In this document: positions 47,531-57,721 of the stretch, piece after piece
Layout of the letters: each line of letters opens with the position of its first letter
Position numbering within the stretch: the first letter of the stretch is position 1
DNA from: Lachnospiraceae bacterium
Lineage (GTDB): Bacteria; Bacillota; Clostridia; Lachnospirales; Lachnospiraceae
Direction of reading: 5' to 3'
Assembly: GCA_045576455.1 (NCBI GenBank)
Contig: JAZNGM010000001.1
Coordinates: 267,604-331,603 of the forward strand
DNA length: 64,000 bases
Notes under the pieces: model-generated
Database searches by the model: none
What the model was told of the DNA's origin: nothing
The model's input: the letters and a program-made list of their open reading frames with translations, nothing else
Made by a program: the position numbers and the translations under genes

Positions 47531-47571
47531 CTACATAACGGAGAACGTACAACGGATAAAGGGTGATTAAC

Positions 47572-49710
47572 ATGAAGAGAAAGATAAAAACAATACGTTT
47601 TTACGGATTAGAAAAAGATGAATTTATGTATGTCATGCCGGAAATCAAGGCTTTTGTTTTCCGGTCAATACAGAAGTGCAGTTTATTGGTAGTCGCTATT
47701 ACCGTGATGATTATGGTGGCGTCGTTTATTATTAAATTGCCGTTAAATTCTTTCCCCTGTTATATAGCCTTGGCTATATATAATGTAGTACTTTATTTTT
47801 TGTCTGACAGAAAAGGTATGCGAAGGCATGCCATGGTATTCCAGTATGCATTTTCTTTTGCCCTATTTATCTACGGCATTATATTGGATGTTTTTTACCG
47901 CGATGCCATGTTTGGCGGTGTTTCGCTTATATTAGCCATTACGCTTTTGGGAATCGTAGTAATGGACCGTCCAATCAGGGTGTTTATCTGTATGGGATTT
48001 GCTTATATCGTGTTTTACCTGTTACGCTATGCGGTACATGATTATGCAGTAACCATCGGGGATGCTATCACTAGCTTTACCATGGTAGTAGTAGGCGGGT
48101 TGATTCATCTTGCAACGGTTTCTGCCAGATTACAGTCAATGTTATCGAAAAAGATGCTTAGGGCTGAAAAACAGCAGGCATTGAATCTTATCAGTAATAT
48201 ACCGGGCGGTATTAGTGTATTAAGATATGACGGCAGGTTTTTTGAAGTAGTAACGCAGACAAAGCGTGTAAATGAGCTTCATGGTATCAATGCTGATGAT
48301 AAGGTAAATATTTTTGAGTGCAGTGATGTTGATTATATTGTGACGGAAGATATACAACCGTTAAGAAAAGCAGCCTGGGAAGCATTAAAGACAACACATT
48401 ATCTGGATCATGCTTACAGGGTAAGGCGTAGTACAGGAATTGCCTGGATTAAGGTGCGTGCATATATAGAAAGAGAAACCGGCGGCAGTAGTGAACTATG
48501 CTATGTGAATTACACGGATATTACTGCTGACGTAGAAATCCAGCAGGCAAGAGAAGCCAATGCGGCTAAAACTGATTTTCTTGCCCGTATGAGTCATGAT
48601 ATAAGAACACCTATGAATGCTATTATGGGAATTGCGGGGTTGGCACTTGACGAAGAAAGGAATGAAGAAAAACTTCGGGAAGATATGGAAAAAATCCATG
48701 CCTCAAGTCAGTTTTTGTTAGGTTTGGTAAATGATATTCTTGATATGTCAAGAATTGAAAGTAATAAGCTGGAATTACACCCGGAAGGATATGATTACGA
48801 AGAATTTATCAGTGTACTCCGTACCATGTTTGAACCGTTGTGCAGTAGAAAGAATATTACGCTATCTATTAAGGCGGGACAGATAAAAGATAAGATATTG
48901 GTTGATAAAGTGCGTTTTAACCAGATATTCTTTAATGTACTTTCCAATGCCGTTAAGTTTACCAAGAAGGGCGGTAAAATTGAATTTATTCTTTCAGATC
49001 TTATAGAAACGAATGAGGGGGCAATTGGAAAATTTCTTGTCCGTGATAACGGAATCGGCATGAATGACCGGTTTAAGAGTAAGATTTTCCAACCGTTTTC
49101 ACAGGAGCATACTGATTTGATAAACCAGACCCAGGGAACGGGTCTTGGACTTGCCATTGTTAAGAATATTGTAACGCTTATGAAGGGTAACATTACGGTT
49201 GAGAGTGAGGAAGGCAAGGGTACCAGTGTATTTATTGAACTTCCGTTGCAATTTGTTACGGCAGAACAGGAAGAAACCAAGGCGGTTTCTTCAGGGGATA
49301 TATCAGGTAATTTTAATAATATGCATGTGCTGTTGGTGGAAGATAACCTGATTAACCGTGAAATAGCCGTGAGAATTCTTGAACGTAAAAATATAGCGGT
49401 TACTACTGCAGAAAACGGACAGGAAGCAGTAGATACCTTTATTAATGCAAAAGATGGTGATTTTTCGGCAATTATCATGGATATCCGAATGCCGGTTATG
49501 GATGGTATTACGGCAACCCGTAAGATAAGAGGAATGAAGAGAGAGTATGCAAAAAGTATTCCGATCATTGCCATGACGGCAAATGCATTTGATGATGATA
49601 GGCGGGAGTGCCTTGATGCCGGGATGAATGCGCATATTTCTAAACCGGTTAATCCGGTTGAAGTATATGAAATATTGAACCGAATAATAACAGGGGATAA
49701 TTATAGATAA
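47572..49710 (+). CDS. Hybrid sensor histidine kinase / response regulator
   Basis: N-terminal multi-TM domain, PAS-like region, H-box [16 protein letters not shown], HATPase ([15 protein letters not shown]), receiver VLLVEDN...[12 protein letters not shown]. The stop overlaps the next start (TAATG). Confidence 0.85.
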   Translation: MKRKIKTIRFYGLEKDEFMYVMPEIKAFVFRSIQKCSLLVVAITVMIMVASFIIKLPLNSFPCYIALAIYNVVLYFLSDRKGMRRHAMVFQYAFSFALFIYGIILDVFYRDAMFGGVSLILAITLLGIVVMDRPIRVFICMGFAYIVFYLLRYAVHDYAVTIGDAITSFTMVVVGGLIHLATVSARLQSMLSKKMLRAEKQQALNLISNIPGGISVLRYDGRFFEVVTQTKRVNELHGINADDKVNIFECSDVDYIVTEDIQPLRKAAWEALKTTHYLDHAYRVRRSTGIAWIKVRAYIERETGGSSELCYVNYTDITADVEIQQAREANAAKTDFLARMSHDIRTPMNAIMGIAGLALDEERNEEKLREDMEKIHASSQFLLGLVNDILDMSRIESNKLELHPEGYDYEEFISVLRTMFEPLCSRKNITLSIKAGQIKDKILVDKVRFNQIFFNVLSNAVKFTKKGGKIEFILSDLIETNEGAIGKFLVRDNGIGMNDRFKSKIFQPFSQEHTDLINQTQGTGLGLAIVKNIVTLMKGNITVESEEGKGTSVFIELPLQFVTAEQEETKAVSSGDISGNFNNMHVLLVEDNLINREIAVRILERKNIAVTTAENGQEAVDTFINAKDGDFSAIIMDIRMPVMDGITATRKIRGMKREYAKSIPIIAMTANAFDDDRRECLDAGMNAHISKPVNPVEVYEILNRIITGDNYR

Positions 49711-50384
49711 TGGCGGAATATAAGATATTAATTGTGGAAGATGACTTGACTATTGCAGGTGTCATAGCCAGACATTTTGAAAAGTGGAATTATCAGGTGG
49801 AATGTATAGAGGATTTTAAAAATGTCACACAAAAAGTGGCAGAATATGAACCGCACCTTATTTTACTTGATATTTCATTACCGTTTTATAACGGGTTTTA
49901 CTGGTGTGGAGAAATCAGAAAAATATCGTCCGTACCGATAGTCTTTTTATCTTCTTCTGATGATAACATGAATATTATTATGGCTATGGATATGGGAGCA
50001 GATGATTTTATCTCAAAACCATTTGAGTTATCTGTTCTTACCGCTAAAGTTGGCGCACTTATGCGTAGGACATATTCCTTTAAGACGAATACTAACCTGA
50101 TGGAACACAAGGGAGTAATCCTCAATATATCCGAGGGCAAAATATTCTGTGGCGAAAAAACGGAAACGCTTACTAAAAATGAGTTCTTTATTATGCAGCT
50201 TTTGATGGAAAATGCAGGAAAGGTAGTCTCCAGGGATAGTATCATGTTACGTCTGTGGGAAGGCGATGATTTTGTGGATGATAATACCCTTACTGTTAAT
50301 ATGACACGGATCCGTAAAAAACTTGCAGAGATTGGAGCAGAAGATTACATTGTTACGAAAAAAGGAATAGGCTACATGGTGTAG
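49710..50384 (+). CDS. OmpR-family response regulator (BceR/GraR-like)
   Basis: ILIVEDD, LILLDISLP, winged-helix C-terminus (LTKNEFFIMQLLMEN...VDDNTLTVNMTRIRKK). Confidence 0.9.
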   Translation: MAEYKILIVEDDLTIAGVIARHFEKWNYQVECIEDFKNVTQKVAEYEPHLILLDISLPFYNGFYWCGEIRKISSVPIVFLSSSDDNMNIIMAMDMGADDFISKPFELSVLTAKVGALMRRTYSFKTNTNLMEHKGVILNISEGKIFCGEKTETLTKNEFFIMQLLMENAGKVVSRDSIMLRLWEGDDFVDDNTLTVNMTRIRKKLAEIGAEDYIVTKKGIGYMV

Positions 50385-50413
50385 CAGGGTGAGAATAAGG
50401 TTACGGAAAAACA

Positions 50414-51409
50414 ATGAAAAAAAGTATTTTTGGATTAATCAAAGCGTATATATGGGAGAAAAAAATGGCTGTAATTGCTTTTTTGGGAATTATGGCTATT
50501 TATTATGTTGTTTTTTCACTATATCATTTACCGGCATATTATTATCTGTATCCGTCCATGCTTAGCTTTTTGTTGCTTAGCCTGATAGGATTCATATCTT
50601 TTTACCATTATCAGAAAGCCCATAAGGTAAGAACGGAGGCGTTGGAAAGTATCGATATTACCTTAGACAGATTAAAGAATACAGACAATCTTACTGGGCA
50701 GGACTACTTTAATCTGCTTGAAAAGCTGGATGCAATCCGAAAAGAAGAAACCATGCGCTGTGAAAATAAAGTAAATGAACTTCAAGAGTACATTACTTTA
50801 TGGACACATCAGATGAAAACGCCGATTACGGCAATGAACCTGGTTGTGCAGGAAGAAACGGAGAGCAACTCAAGGGAACTGAGCATACAATTATTTGAAA
50901 TGAACCGTTACGTGGATACCCTGTTACAGTATATGCGCCTTGATAATATGAATAAGGATCTAATTTTTCAGGAATATCTTGTCCGCGATATGGTTAAAGA
51001 GGCTGTCCGTTATTATTCCATGACTTTTATCCATAAGCATCTTTCCGTAGAGATGAGAGATCTTGATGTAAAAGTGGTTACGGATGAAAAGTGGCTTGTT
51101 TTTTGTTTGAAACAGATTCTTTCCAATGCACTGAAATATACCAAGCAAGGGAAAATAGAAATATATATGGAAGAAAAAGTATTGGTTATTCAGGACACGG
51201 GCATCGGAATAAATGCGGAGGACTTGCCGAGAATTTTTGAGATGGGATTTACCGGCTATAACGGGCATAAAGACAAACGTGCCACGGGAATCGGTCTTAG
51301 CTTGACCAAAAAGATATTGGATAAGTTGGGACACGGTATTAGTATTACATCCAAACCGGGTGAAGGAACAAAAGTATCTATAGATTTATCAAACCTTACA
51401 AATATGTAA
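50414..51409 (+). CDS. Intramembrane-sensing histidine kinase (BceS-like)
   Basis: Two N-terminal TM helices with almost no external loop, H-box LWTHQMKTPITAM, HATPase (DTGIGI, GIGLSLTKK). Confidence 0.85.
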   Translation: MKKSIFGLIKAYIWEKKMAVIAFLGIMAIYYVVFSLYHLPAYYYLYPSMLSFLLLSLIGFISFYHYQKAHKVRTEALESIDITLDRLKNTDNLTGQDYFNLLEKLDAIRKEETMRCENKVNELQEYITLWTHQMKTPITAMNLVVQEETESNSRELSIQLFEMNRYVDTLLQYMRLDNMNKDLIFQEYLVRDMVKEAVRYYSMTFIHKHLSVEMRDLDVKVVTDEKWLVFCLKQILSNALKYTKQGKIEIYMEEKVLVIQDTGIGINAEDLPRIFEMGFTGYNGHKDKRATGIGLSLTKKILDKLGHGISITSKPGEGTKVSIDLSNLTNM

Positions 51410-51414
51410 GGTTT
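51391..51414 (+). promoter_or_regulatory. BceR-type operator candidate (also a terminator-like hairpin)
   Basis: aaaccTTACAaataTGTAAggttt has perfect 10-bp arms. The core matches the TNACA-N4-TGTAA box reported for Bce-like regulators. It spans the kinase stop codon, ~115 bp upstream of the ABC ATPase start. An extra TGTAAGG half-site lies 21 bp downstream (51426-51432). Confidence 0.5.
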
Positions 51415-51525
51415 TTACTTTATACTGTAAGGTAAAGTTAAGGCAGGGGAATTAATAAATGATTAGAATGATACTGTAATAAATGATATGTAAGTCGCGT
51501 AGCGATAAAGGAGAGGAAAAGAAAA

Positions 51526-52293
51526 ATGAGTTTATTAGCAGTAAATAATCTTCGGAAAGTTTATACAACAAGATTCGGAGGTAATAAAGTAGAAGCTTTA
51601 CGTAATGTAAATTTCACGGTGGAAGAGGGAGAGTATGTAGCAATTATGGGAGAATCCGGTTCAGGGAAAACGACATTGCTTAACATACTGGCATCACTTG
51701 ATAAGCCGACAGCAGGAGAAGTACTGTTGCAGGATGAAAAAGTTACTTCCATTAAGGAAGCAGAACTTGCGAAATTCAGAAGAGAACATCTGGGATTTGT
51801 GTTCCAGGATTTTAATCTATTAGATAATTTTACGGTGGAAGACAATATTATGCTTCCGCTGGTACTTGCCGGTAAAAAGTACAAAGAGATGTACAACCGT
51901 ATGATTACTATAACCGATATGCTTGGTATCGGCGATTTATTAAAGAAGTTTCCTTATGAAATATCGGGAGGCCAGAAGCAGCGTGTGGCGGTTGCCCGTG
52001 CTATGATTACAAACCCTGAAATCCTGCTTGCCGATGAACCGACCGGAGCGCTTGATTCAAAATCAACAGGTGATTTGTTAAATATATTTGAAAAGATTAA
52101 TGAGACCGGACAGACTATCCTTATGGTTACCCATTCGGTAAGAGCGGCATCACATGCAAACAGAATCCTGTTTATCAAAGATGGTGAGATTTACCATCAG
52201 ATTTACAGAGGAAATATGGATAACAGCGAGCTTTATAAAAAAGTATCCGATACGTTAACAATCTTATTGGCGGGCGGTGATTTACATGAATAA
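51526..52293 (+). CDS. ABC transporter ATP-binding protein (BceA/MacB-type)
   Basis: GESGSGKTTLLN, FVFQDFNLL, LSGGQ-like ISGGQKQRVAVARA, LLADEPTGALD. Confidence 0.9.
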   Translation: MSLLAVNNLRKVYTTRFGGNKVEALRNVNFTVEEGEYVAIMGESGSGKTTLLNILASLDKPTAGEVLLQDEKVTSIKEAELAKFRREHLGFVFQDFNLLDNFTVEDNIMLPLVLAGKKYKEMYNRMITITDMLGIGDLLKKFPYEISGGQKQRVAVARAMITNPEILLADEPTGALDSKSTGDLLNIFEKINETGQTILMVTHSVRAASHANRILFIKDGEIYHQIYRGNMDNSELYKKVSDTLTILLAGGDLHE

Positions 52294-54298
52294 ATTATAT
52301 ATGAAATTGTCTGTAACCAATATCAGAAAAAATAAGACTACATTTATTCCTTTTATTTTGGCTTGCTCCGTTATGACAATGATGTTCTATATGTTGTCCT
52401 CCATTACTTTTAATATTTCGAACGGACAATTTAAAGGAGCTGACGATACACGGGTAATGCTTGATTTGGGGCTTAAAGTAGTTGGGTTTATATCTGCCAT
52501 TATTCTGTTTTATTCCAATAACTTTCTTATGAAACAGCGTAGCCGCGAATTTGGCCTTTATAGCGTGCTTGGAATGGAAAAGAAGCATATCGGCAAAATT
52601 ATATTTGGTGAAACTTTTATTATCGGTTTAGTAAGCTCGGTCATTGGAATCGGATGCGGTATTATTTTCAGTAAACTTATGTTTTTGCTTTTTATTAATC
52701 TGTTACACATACCTCTTAACATTCCGTATGTGATTGATTTGGAAGGAATAGGAATTACCGCAGCAGTATTTGCCGGAATATATGTGTTGCTTATACTAAT
52801 TAATCTGGTAAGAATATACCGGTTGAATGCGCTTTCTATGCTAAGTGAAAGTAAAACCGGTGAGCGTGAACCAAAACTCAGGGTTCTTACAACGATGTTA
52901 GGTGTTGTATGTCTTGCTGCAGGATATTTTCTTGCATTAAAAGTAGATTCTCCGATAGATGCAGCATTGCTTTTCTTTGTAGCGGTAATGTTGGTAATAA
53001 TAGGAACCTATTGTCTGTTTATGAGTGGCAGTATTGCTTTTTTGAAGCTGCTAAAGAAAAATAAGAAATACTATTATCATAAGACGCATTTTATTACCGT
53101 TTCGGGAATGATGCACCGTATGAAGCAGAACGCATTGGGACTGGCGACTATCTGCATCTTATGCACAATGGTATTTGTATCCCTTTCGTCAACCGTTGCG
53201 TTGTATGTTGGTATGAAAGACCAGTTAGATACGGTATGTCCTAAGGATGTAATGATAGAGTATTTGGCCGGTGAAGATACTGCCGGAATTAAAAAGGAAA
53301 AAATTGAAAAATGGTTATCTCAAAATGCACAAGAGTATAATGTGTCAATTAAAGATGTGGCTGGGTTCTATTCATTTACCGGAGAAGGTAAGCTTGCGGA
53401 CAAAATATATAATTATTCCAGAGAGGATGATGATATAATTGTTTATTCCGGTTACCGGTTAGAAGATTATTATGTATTGAGCAATAAGCCTGAGGGAGAA
53501 CCGGAACCGCTCTTGGATAATGAAATATATATCTTCTGTAATAATGAAAGACTGGCGGATGCAATGAAAGTATTAGTCGAAAAATCTGATTTTAACGTAA
53601 AACAGATTTTTAATGATTATCCGAAAGCCTTAACTGCTAAATTGGACCGTTCTGTTTATGATGTTACAGAGATCGCATTAATCGCGAAGGATATAGAGGC
53701 TCTTGGGAATCTGACATTGGCAGTACCGAGAATTACTGCTTCGGGAAACGAAAATGTATATTCTGTTTATTACAATTATACCTTTGATTTACAGGGAAGT
53801 AAAAAAGATAAGCGGGAGTTTTCGGTAGCATGTAATGATTATGTGTCTGAAAATATCGTTCCGTACGGCTGTGATACGTACTATACTTTGCTGGAAGACT
53901 ATTATTATATAAATGGTTCGTTCCTGTTTATAGGAATCTTCCTCGGAACCTTGTTCCTTCTTGCAACAGCACTTATTATTTATTATAAACAGCTTTCGGA
54001 AGGATATGATGACAGAAACCGGTTTAAGATTATGGAAAATGTCGGTATGAGCCATCTGGAAATATCCAAGGTAATCAAGAACCAGATTGTTACCGTTTTT
54101 GCACTTCCAATATTGGTAGCAGTAGTGCATATCATATTTGCTTTCAGTATGATTAAGAAGATTCTTAAGATATTTTCGCTTACCAACGTACCGCTTTTTG
54201 TAGCTTGTACTATCGGAACGGTTGTTGTATTCAGTATCATTTATGGTATTGTATATGTTTTGACGGCACGTGTATATTATAGAATTGTAAAAGCATAA
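52286..54298 (+). CDS. FtsX-domain ABC permease (BceB-like, 10 TM with a large extracellular loop)
   Basis: N-terminus LSVTNIRKNKTTF, two FtsX modules, ~200-aa loop between TM7 and TM8. The start is ambiguous (GTG 52277, ATG 52286, ATG 52301). Confidence 0.85.
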   Translation: MNKLYMKLSVTNIRKNKTTFIPFILACSVMTMMFYMLSSITFNISNGQFKGADDTRVMLDLGLKVVGFISAIILFYSNNFLMKQRSREFGLYSVLGMEKKHIGKIIFGETFIIGLVSSVIGIGCGIIFSKLMFLLFINLLHIPLNIPYVIDLEGIGITAAVFAGIYVLLILINLVRIYRLNALSMLSESKTGEREPKLRVLTTMLGVVCLAAGYFLALKVDSPIDAALLFFVAVMLVIIGTYCLFMSGSIAFLKLLKKNKKYYYHKTHFITVSGMMHRMKQNALGLATICILCTMVFVSLSSTVALYVGMKDQLDTVCPKDVMIEYLAGEDTAGIKKEKIEKWLSQNAQEYNVSIKDVAGFYSFTGEGKLADKIYNYSREDDDIIVYSGYRLEDYYVLSNKPEGEPEPLLDNEIYIFCNNERLADAMKVLVEKSDFNVKQIFNDYPKALTAKLDRSVYDVTEIALIAKDIEALGNLTLAVPRITASGNENVYSVYYNYTFDLQGSKKDKREFSVACNDYVSENIVPYGCDTYYTLLEDYYYINGSFLFIGIFLGTLFLLATALIIYYKQLSEGYDDRNRFKIMENVGMSHLEISKVIKNQIVTVFALPILVAVVHIIFAFSMIKKILKIFSLTNVPLFVACTIGTVVVFSIIYGIVYVLTARVYYRIVKA

Positions 54299-54314
54299 TA
54301 TATTTTGGTATAAT
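54285..54314 (+). promoter_or_regulatory. Candidate sigma-A promoter for cysK
   Basis: -35 ttgtaa (54285-54290), 18-nt spacer, extended -10 tgg-tataat (54306-54314). It overlaps the 3' end of the permease gene. Confidence 0.4.
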
Positions 54315-54379
54315 AACATGTAGTATGGCAAGAACATAGTTTCTTGCCCTATTGCATGTAAGGAAAAAGGGAGGCAGTT

Positions 54380-55315
54380 ATGGCAAATATCAAAGAAAAA
54401 GCAACGGACTTAATTGGAAAAACACCTTTATTAAAGGCGAATCATTATGCAGAAAAATATGGTATTACAGCCAACCTTTTGCTAAAGCTGGAGTACCTTA
54501 ATCCGGCGGGCAGTATAAAAGACAGAGTGGCATTGTCCATGATTGAAGATGCTGAAAAAAAAGGATTAATTTGTGAAGGCGCAACGATTATAGAACCGAC
54601 CAGTGGGAATACGGGAATCGGAATTGCTATGGTGGCTGCTGCCAAAGGATATAAAACAATTCTTACACTTCCGGATACGATGAGCCTTGAACGGCGCAAT
54701 CTGCTTAAAGCATATGGTGCAGAACTTGTGCTTACGGAAGGTAAGCTCGGAATGAAGGGAGCTATTGAAAAGGCAGAGGAATTGAAGGAAAGCATTCCCA
54801 ATTCCATTATTTTAGGACAGTTTGACAATCAGGCAAATCCGGTTATTCATACCATGACAACAGGACCGGAGATATGGAATGATACCGATGGTGCCATTGA
54901 TTATTTTGTTGCCGGGGTAGGTACGGGTGGAACGATTACCGGGACGGGCGTTTATCTTAAATCCCGAAATCCAAAGATTAAGATTATTGCGGTGGAACCG
55001 GCAACTTCCCCTCTTTTGTCCCAAGGGACGGCAGGACCTCATGGATTGCAGGGAATTGGTGCTAACTTTGTGCCATCTGTATTAAATAGGGAAGTTATTG
55101 ATGAAATTGTGACGGTAACGGATGAGGAAGCCTATATAACGGGACGGGATATAGCAAGAAATGAGGGTATCTTAGTAGGAATAACTTCCGGCGCGGCTTT
55201 ATATGCTGCCCGTAAAATTGCCATGAGACCCGGAAATGAAAATGCTAATATAGTCGTTTTATTGCCGGATTCAGGAGACAGGTATTTGTCTACACCGATG
55301 TTTGCGGAAGAATAA
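54380..55315 (+). CDS. cysK: Cysteine synthase A (O-acetylserine sulfhydrylase)
   Basis: LEYLNPAGSIKDR (PLP lysine), EPTSGNTGIGIA, GVGTGGTITG, LLPDSGDRYLST. Confidence 0.95.
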   Translation: MANIKEKATDLIGKTPLLKANHYAEKYGITANLLLKLEYLNPAGSIKDRVALSMIEDAEKKGLICEGATIIEPTSGNTGIGIAMVAAAKGYKTILTLPDTMSLERRNLLKAYGAELVLTEGKLGMKGAIEKAEELKESIPNSIILGQFDNQANPVIHTMTTGPEIWNDTDGAIDYFVAGVGTGGTITGTGVYLKSRNPKIKIIAVEPATSPLLSQGTAGPHGLQGIGANFVPSVLNREVIDEIVTVTDEEAYITGRDIARNEGILVGITSGAALYAARKIAMRPGNENANIVVLLPDSGDRYLSTPMFAEE

Positions 55316-55323
55316 AAATAGAA

Positions 55324-55365
55324 AAGGTATCATGCATTAAGTTTGCATGATACCTTATTTTTTTT
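55324..55365. terminator. Bidirectional rho-independent terminator between convergent cysK and the ABC-2 permease gene
   Basis: Perfect 13-bp stem aaggtatcatgca / tgcatgatacctt, then an 8-T run on + and a T-rich run on the minus strand. Confidence 0.8.
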
Positions 55366-56974
55366 ATAAGTGCTCAAAGCGTCGGCAACCTTTCGTTACA
55401 ATATATCGGTACAGAATAAACGATACAAGTAAGAGGAACAGTGTTATTATTCCGGTATATACCGGTAATGTCAGTGTACCAAAGAACAGGAATGCATACA
55501 AAAGAACTGCCACAATAATAAGTGTAAATCCTGCAAACATGGTAATCATAGGGCTTGCAGACTGCTTAACGGCAACGGCTTCAGATGCCCATTCAAGTTT
55601 TGGCAGCAACAAATTCATATATAATCCGAAAACGGCTATAAATATATTCATAGCTGCCGGTAATATAAGTATTAATATGCTGCATAGTATATCCGCTCTA
55701 AATAAAACTAATATTACTATGGAACTGACAAGGGTTAACGGTTGTGTAATCAACAGGTGCATGTTAAGTTTTGCCACAAGTATGTCTTTGGTTTTTACCG
55801 GCATAGAACGTAACAAAGGAAGCGTTTTTCCTTCCAGTGAAACAGAAGTTGAGCTGATGGTGTTGGTAGTAGCCATGAAAGCTACGGCAGCTGCCAACAA
55901 CAATGCCATTAATCCTTCCGTTTCCGGCTTTTTAGCTATCAATGAATAAAGTACATCAACCTTAACAATGCAGGCTACTATTGCAACGACTAAGAATATA
56001 ATGCCCAAGCCGGTATTAAGCATATATACCGGAGAGTTTGTAAAATGCTTGAGTTCCCGTGATAAAAGGGCAGTTTTTATACCTTTTACCTTCATATCCT
56101 TTGCCTGATATTTCTTTTTTGTGGCGCCCCTTTTTTTGGTGACCAGTTTTATAAAGGATGCTGAAAGTGCCATATATACCAAGCAAAATGGAATAATGCA
56201 TATTAAAGCGACGAATAACAGGTATAAAAGGTTTCCGTCTGTAATTGATTTACCAAACCAATATAACGGGGTAAGCGCTTTTAGCTTTCCTGCAAAAATA
56301 GCGCCATTATTCACAAGTAGTGTCAGGTAATTGTTCATATTACTATAGAAATAGAAATATAAAAGCATAAAAGCGATTGAAAAAATCATGGTAAACAGAC
56401 TTTTGTTTTTAAGCCTTGAAGATATGGCCATGAGTAAAAATCCAAGTACACATGAAAGCGCAAGTGCCAACAGCGGAAACAGAAGTAATACAACAACGAA
56501 TCCCAGAATCTGCATTGCGTTTACACCTATAAAATACACATACAAAGCGCCCGCCGGTAACATTACCAATATTTCAAAAAGAAGATTATACAAATATAGC
56601 GTAATTATGCGGCTGCCAAGAATATACTTTGGCGGAACGGGCATGGACAACAACAGTTCATTGTCCTTGGCATCATATAGCTGGGACTGTGTCATAAATA
56701 TGCTGCCGATAAACATAAAGGCAAAGGAAAGAATTCCCGCAAAGGCAAAATAGAACCAGTCTATGCCTGCTGCATGGTAAGGCTCGCATAATGAAAAGAA
56801 AACCATTCCAAATGCAAGGAAGAGTACTGCAATAATATATATTGCCAAAATACCGATAAGAATCTTTTTGCCGATTGAGTTAGCCGTAACTTTTTTCTTT
56901 CCGTTTTTCTTTTTATTTTTTCCCGGGGAGGCAAAAAGCGATAAAAGCCGGGCTTTAATAAGAGTCTTTAACAT
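55364..56974 (-). CDS. Large polytopic permease of an ABC-2-type exporter
   Basis: 536 aa, ~12 or more TM helices. Placed 4 nt downstream of an ABC ATPase gene on the same strand. Substrate unknown. Confidence 0.6.
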   Translation of the reverse strand: MLKTLIKARLLSLFASPGKNKKKNGKKKVTANSIGKKILIGILAIYIIAVLFLAFGMVFFSLCEPYHAAGIDWFYFAFAGILSFAFMFIGSIFMTQSQLYDAKDNELLLSMPVPPKYILGSRIITLYLYNLLFEILVMLPAGALYVYFIGVNAMQILGFVVVLLLFPLLALALSCVLGFLLMAISSRLKNKSLFTMIFSIAFMLLYFYFYSNMNNYLTLLVNNGAIFAGKLKALTPLYWFGKSITDGNLLYLLFVALICIIPFCLVYMALSASFIKLVTKKRGATKKKYQAKDMKVKGIKTALLSRELKHFTNSPVYMLNTGLGIIFLVVAIVACIVKVDVLYSLIAKKPETEGLMALLLAAAVAFMATTNTISSTSVSLEGKTLPLLRSMPVKTKDILVAKLNMHLLITQPLTLVSSIVILVLFRADILCSILILILPAAMNIFIAVFGLYMNLLLPKLEWASEAVAVKQSASPMITMFAGFTLIIVAVLLYAFLFFGTLTLPVYTGIITLFLLLVSFILYRYIVTKGCRRFEHL

Positions 56975-56977
56975 AGG

Positions 56978-57688
56978 CTATTTATCCTCCGCAAGTTCAA
57001 GAAATACGCTTTCCAGTGACTGGTTACCTTTAACTTCGTCCATACTTCCCGATACAAGTAATTTACCGTCTTTAATAATGGCTACTTTATCACAAAGCTT
57101 TTCGGCTACTTCAAGAACATGGGTTGAAAAGAAGATAGCACCGCCATTATTGCAGATATCACGCATAATCAGCTTTAAGCTGTGTGAAGCCTTTGGATCA
57201 AGACCGACAAAAGGCTCATCCATAATAACAAGCTTTGGATCATGGATTAAAGCGGATATTATGGCAAGCTTCTGTTTCATACCGTGTGAGTAAGCAGAAA
57301 CCGGTTGTGCAAGATCGCTTGTTAATTCAAAGATATCCGCATATTTTTGAATTTTGTCTTCGCGTTCCTTTTTGGGGATGCCATAGATATCTGCTACAAA
57401 ATTTAGGTACTTGATACCGCTCATGAATTCGTACAAATCCGGATTGTCAGGTATATATGCCATAAGCTTTTTACATTCAATCGGGCGTTCCTTAATCGAC
57501 ATACCATTTACATAAATTGTGCCGTTTTCAAAATCAAGAATACCACAGCAAGATTTAATGGTAGTTGTCTTTCCGGCGCCGTTGTGGCCGATGAAAGCAT
57601 ATATTTCTCCGGGATTAATCTGTAATGAAAGATTATCTACTGCATTTTTAGTCCCATAGGTTTTGGTTAAGTTTTCAATTCTTAACAT
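56978..57688 (-). CDS. ABC transporter ATP-binding protein (ABC-2/BcrA-like)
   Basis: GHNGAGKTTT, SHGMKQKLAIISAL, LVIMDEPFVGLD. ATG at 57688 with a GAGGAGGA RBS is preferred over 57715. Confidence 0.9.
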   Translation of the reverse strand: MLRIENLTKTYGTKNAVDNLSLQINPGEIYAFIGHNGAGKTTTIKSCCGILDFENGTIYVNGMSIKERPIECKKLMAYIPDNPDLYEFMSGIKYLNFVADIYGIPKKEREDKIQKYADIFELTSDLAQPVSAYSHGMKQKLAIISALIHDPKLVIMDEPFVGLDPKASHSLKLIMRDICNNGGAIFFSTHVLEVAEKLCDKVAIIKDGKLLVSGSMDEVKGNQSLESVFLELAEDK

Positions 57689-57721
57689 GTTACTTCCTCC
57701 TCTTTTACATTTCAATATATT

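Noticed and set aside
48795-49635. 259-aa and 110-aa minus-strand ORFs
   Set aside because: They are antisense to the HATPase/receiver region of the hybrid kinase, which has clear motifs on the + strand.
53789-54337. 182-aa minus-strand ORF (plus other antisense ORFs within 52295-54240)
   Set aside because: It is antisense to the BceB-like permease, and its AT-rich composition gives long spurious frames.
54327-54348. Hairpin ggcaagaa/ttcttgcc in the cysK leader
   Set aside because: It has an 8-bp stem without a U-tract. I could not match it to a T-box, a riboswitch or a CymR-type site.
55347-57293. + strand ORFs of 200, 69, 121 and 141 aa
   Set aside because: They are antisense to the ABC-2 permease and ATPase genes. 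The first would also start inside the bidirectional terminator.
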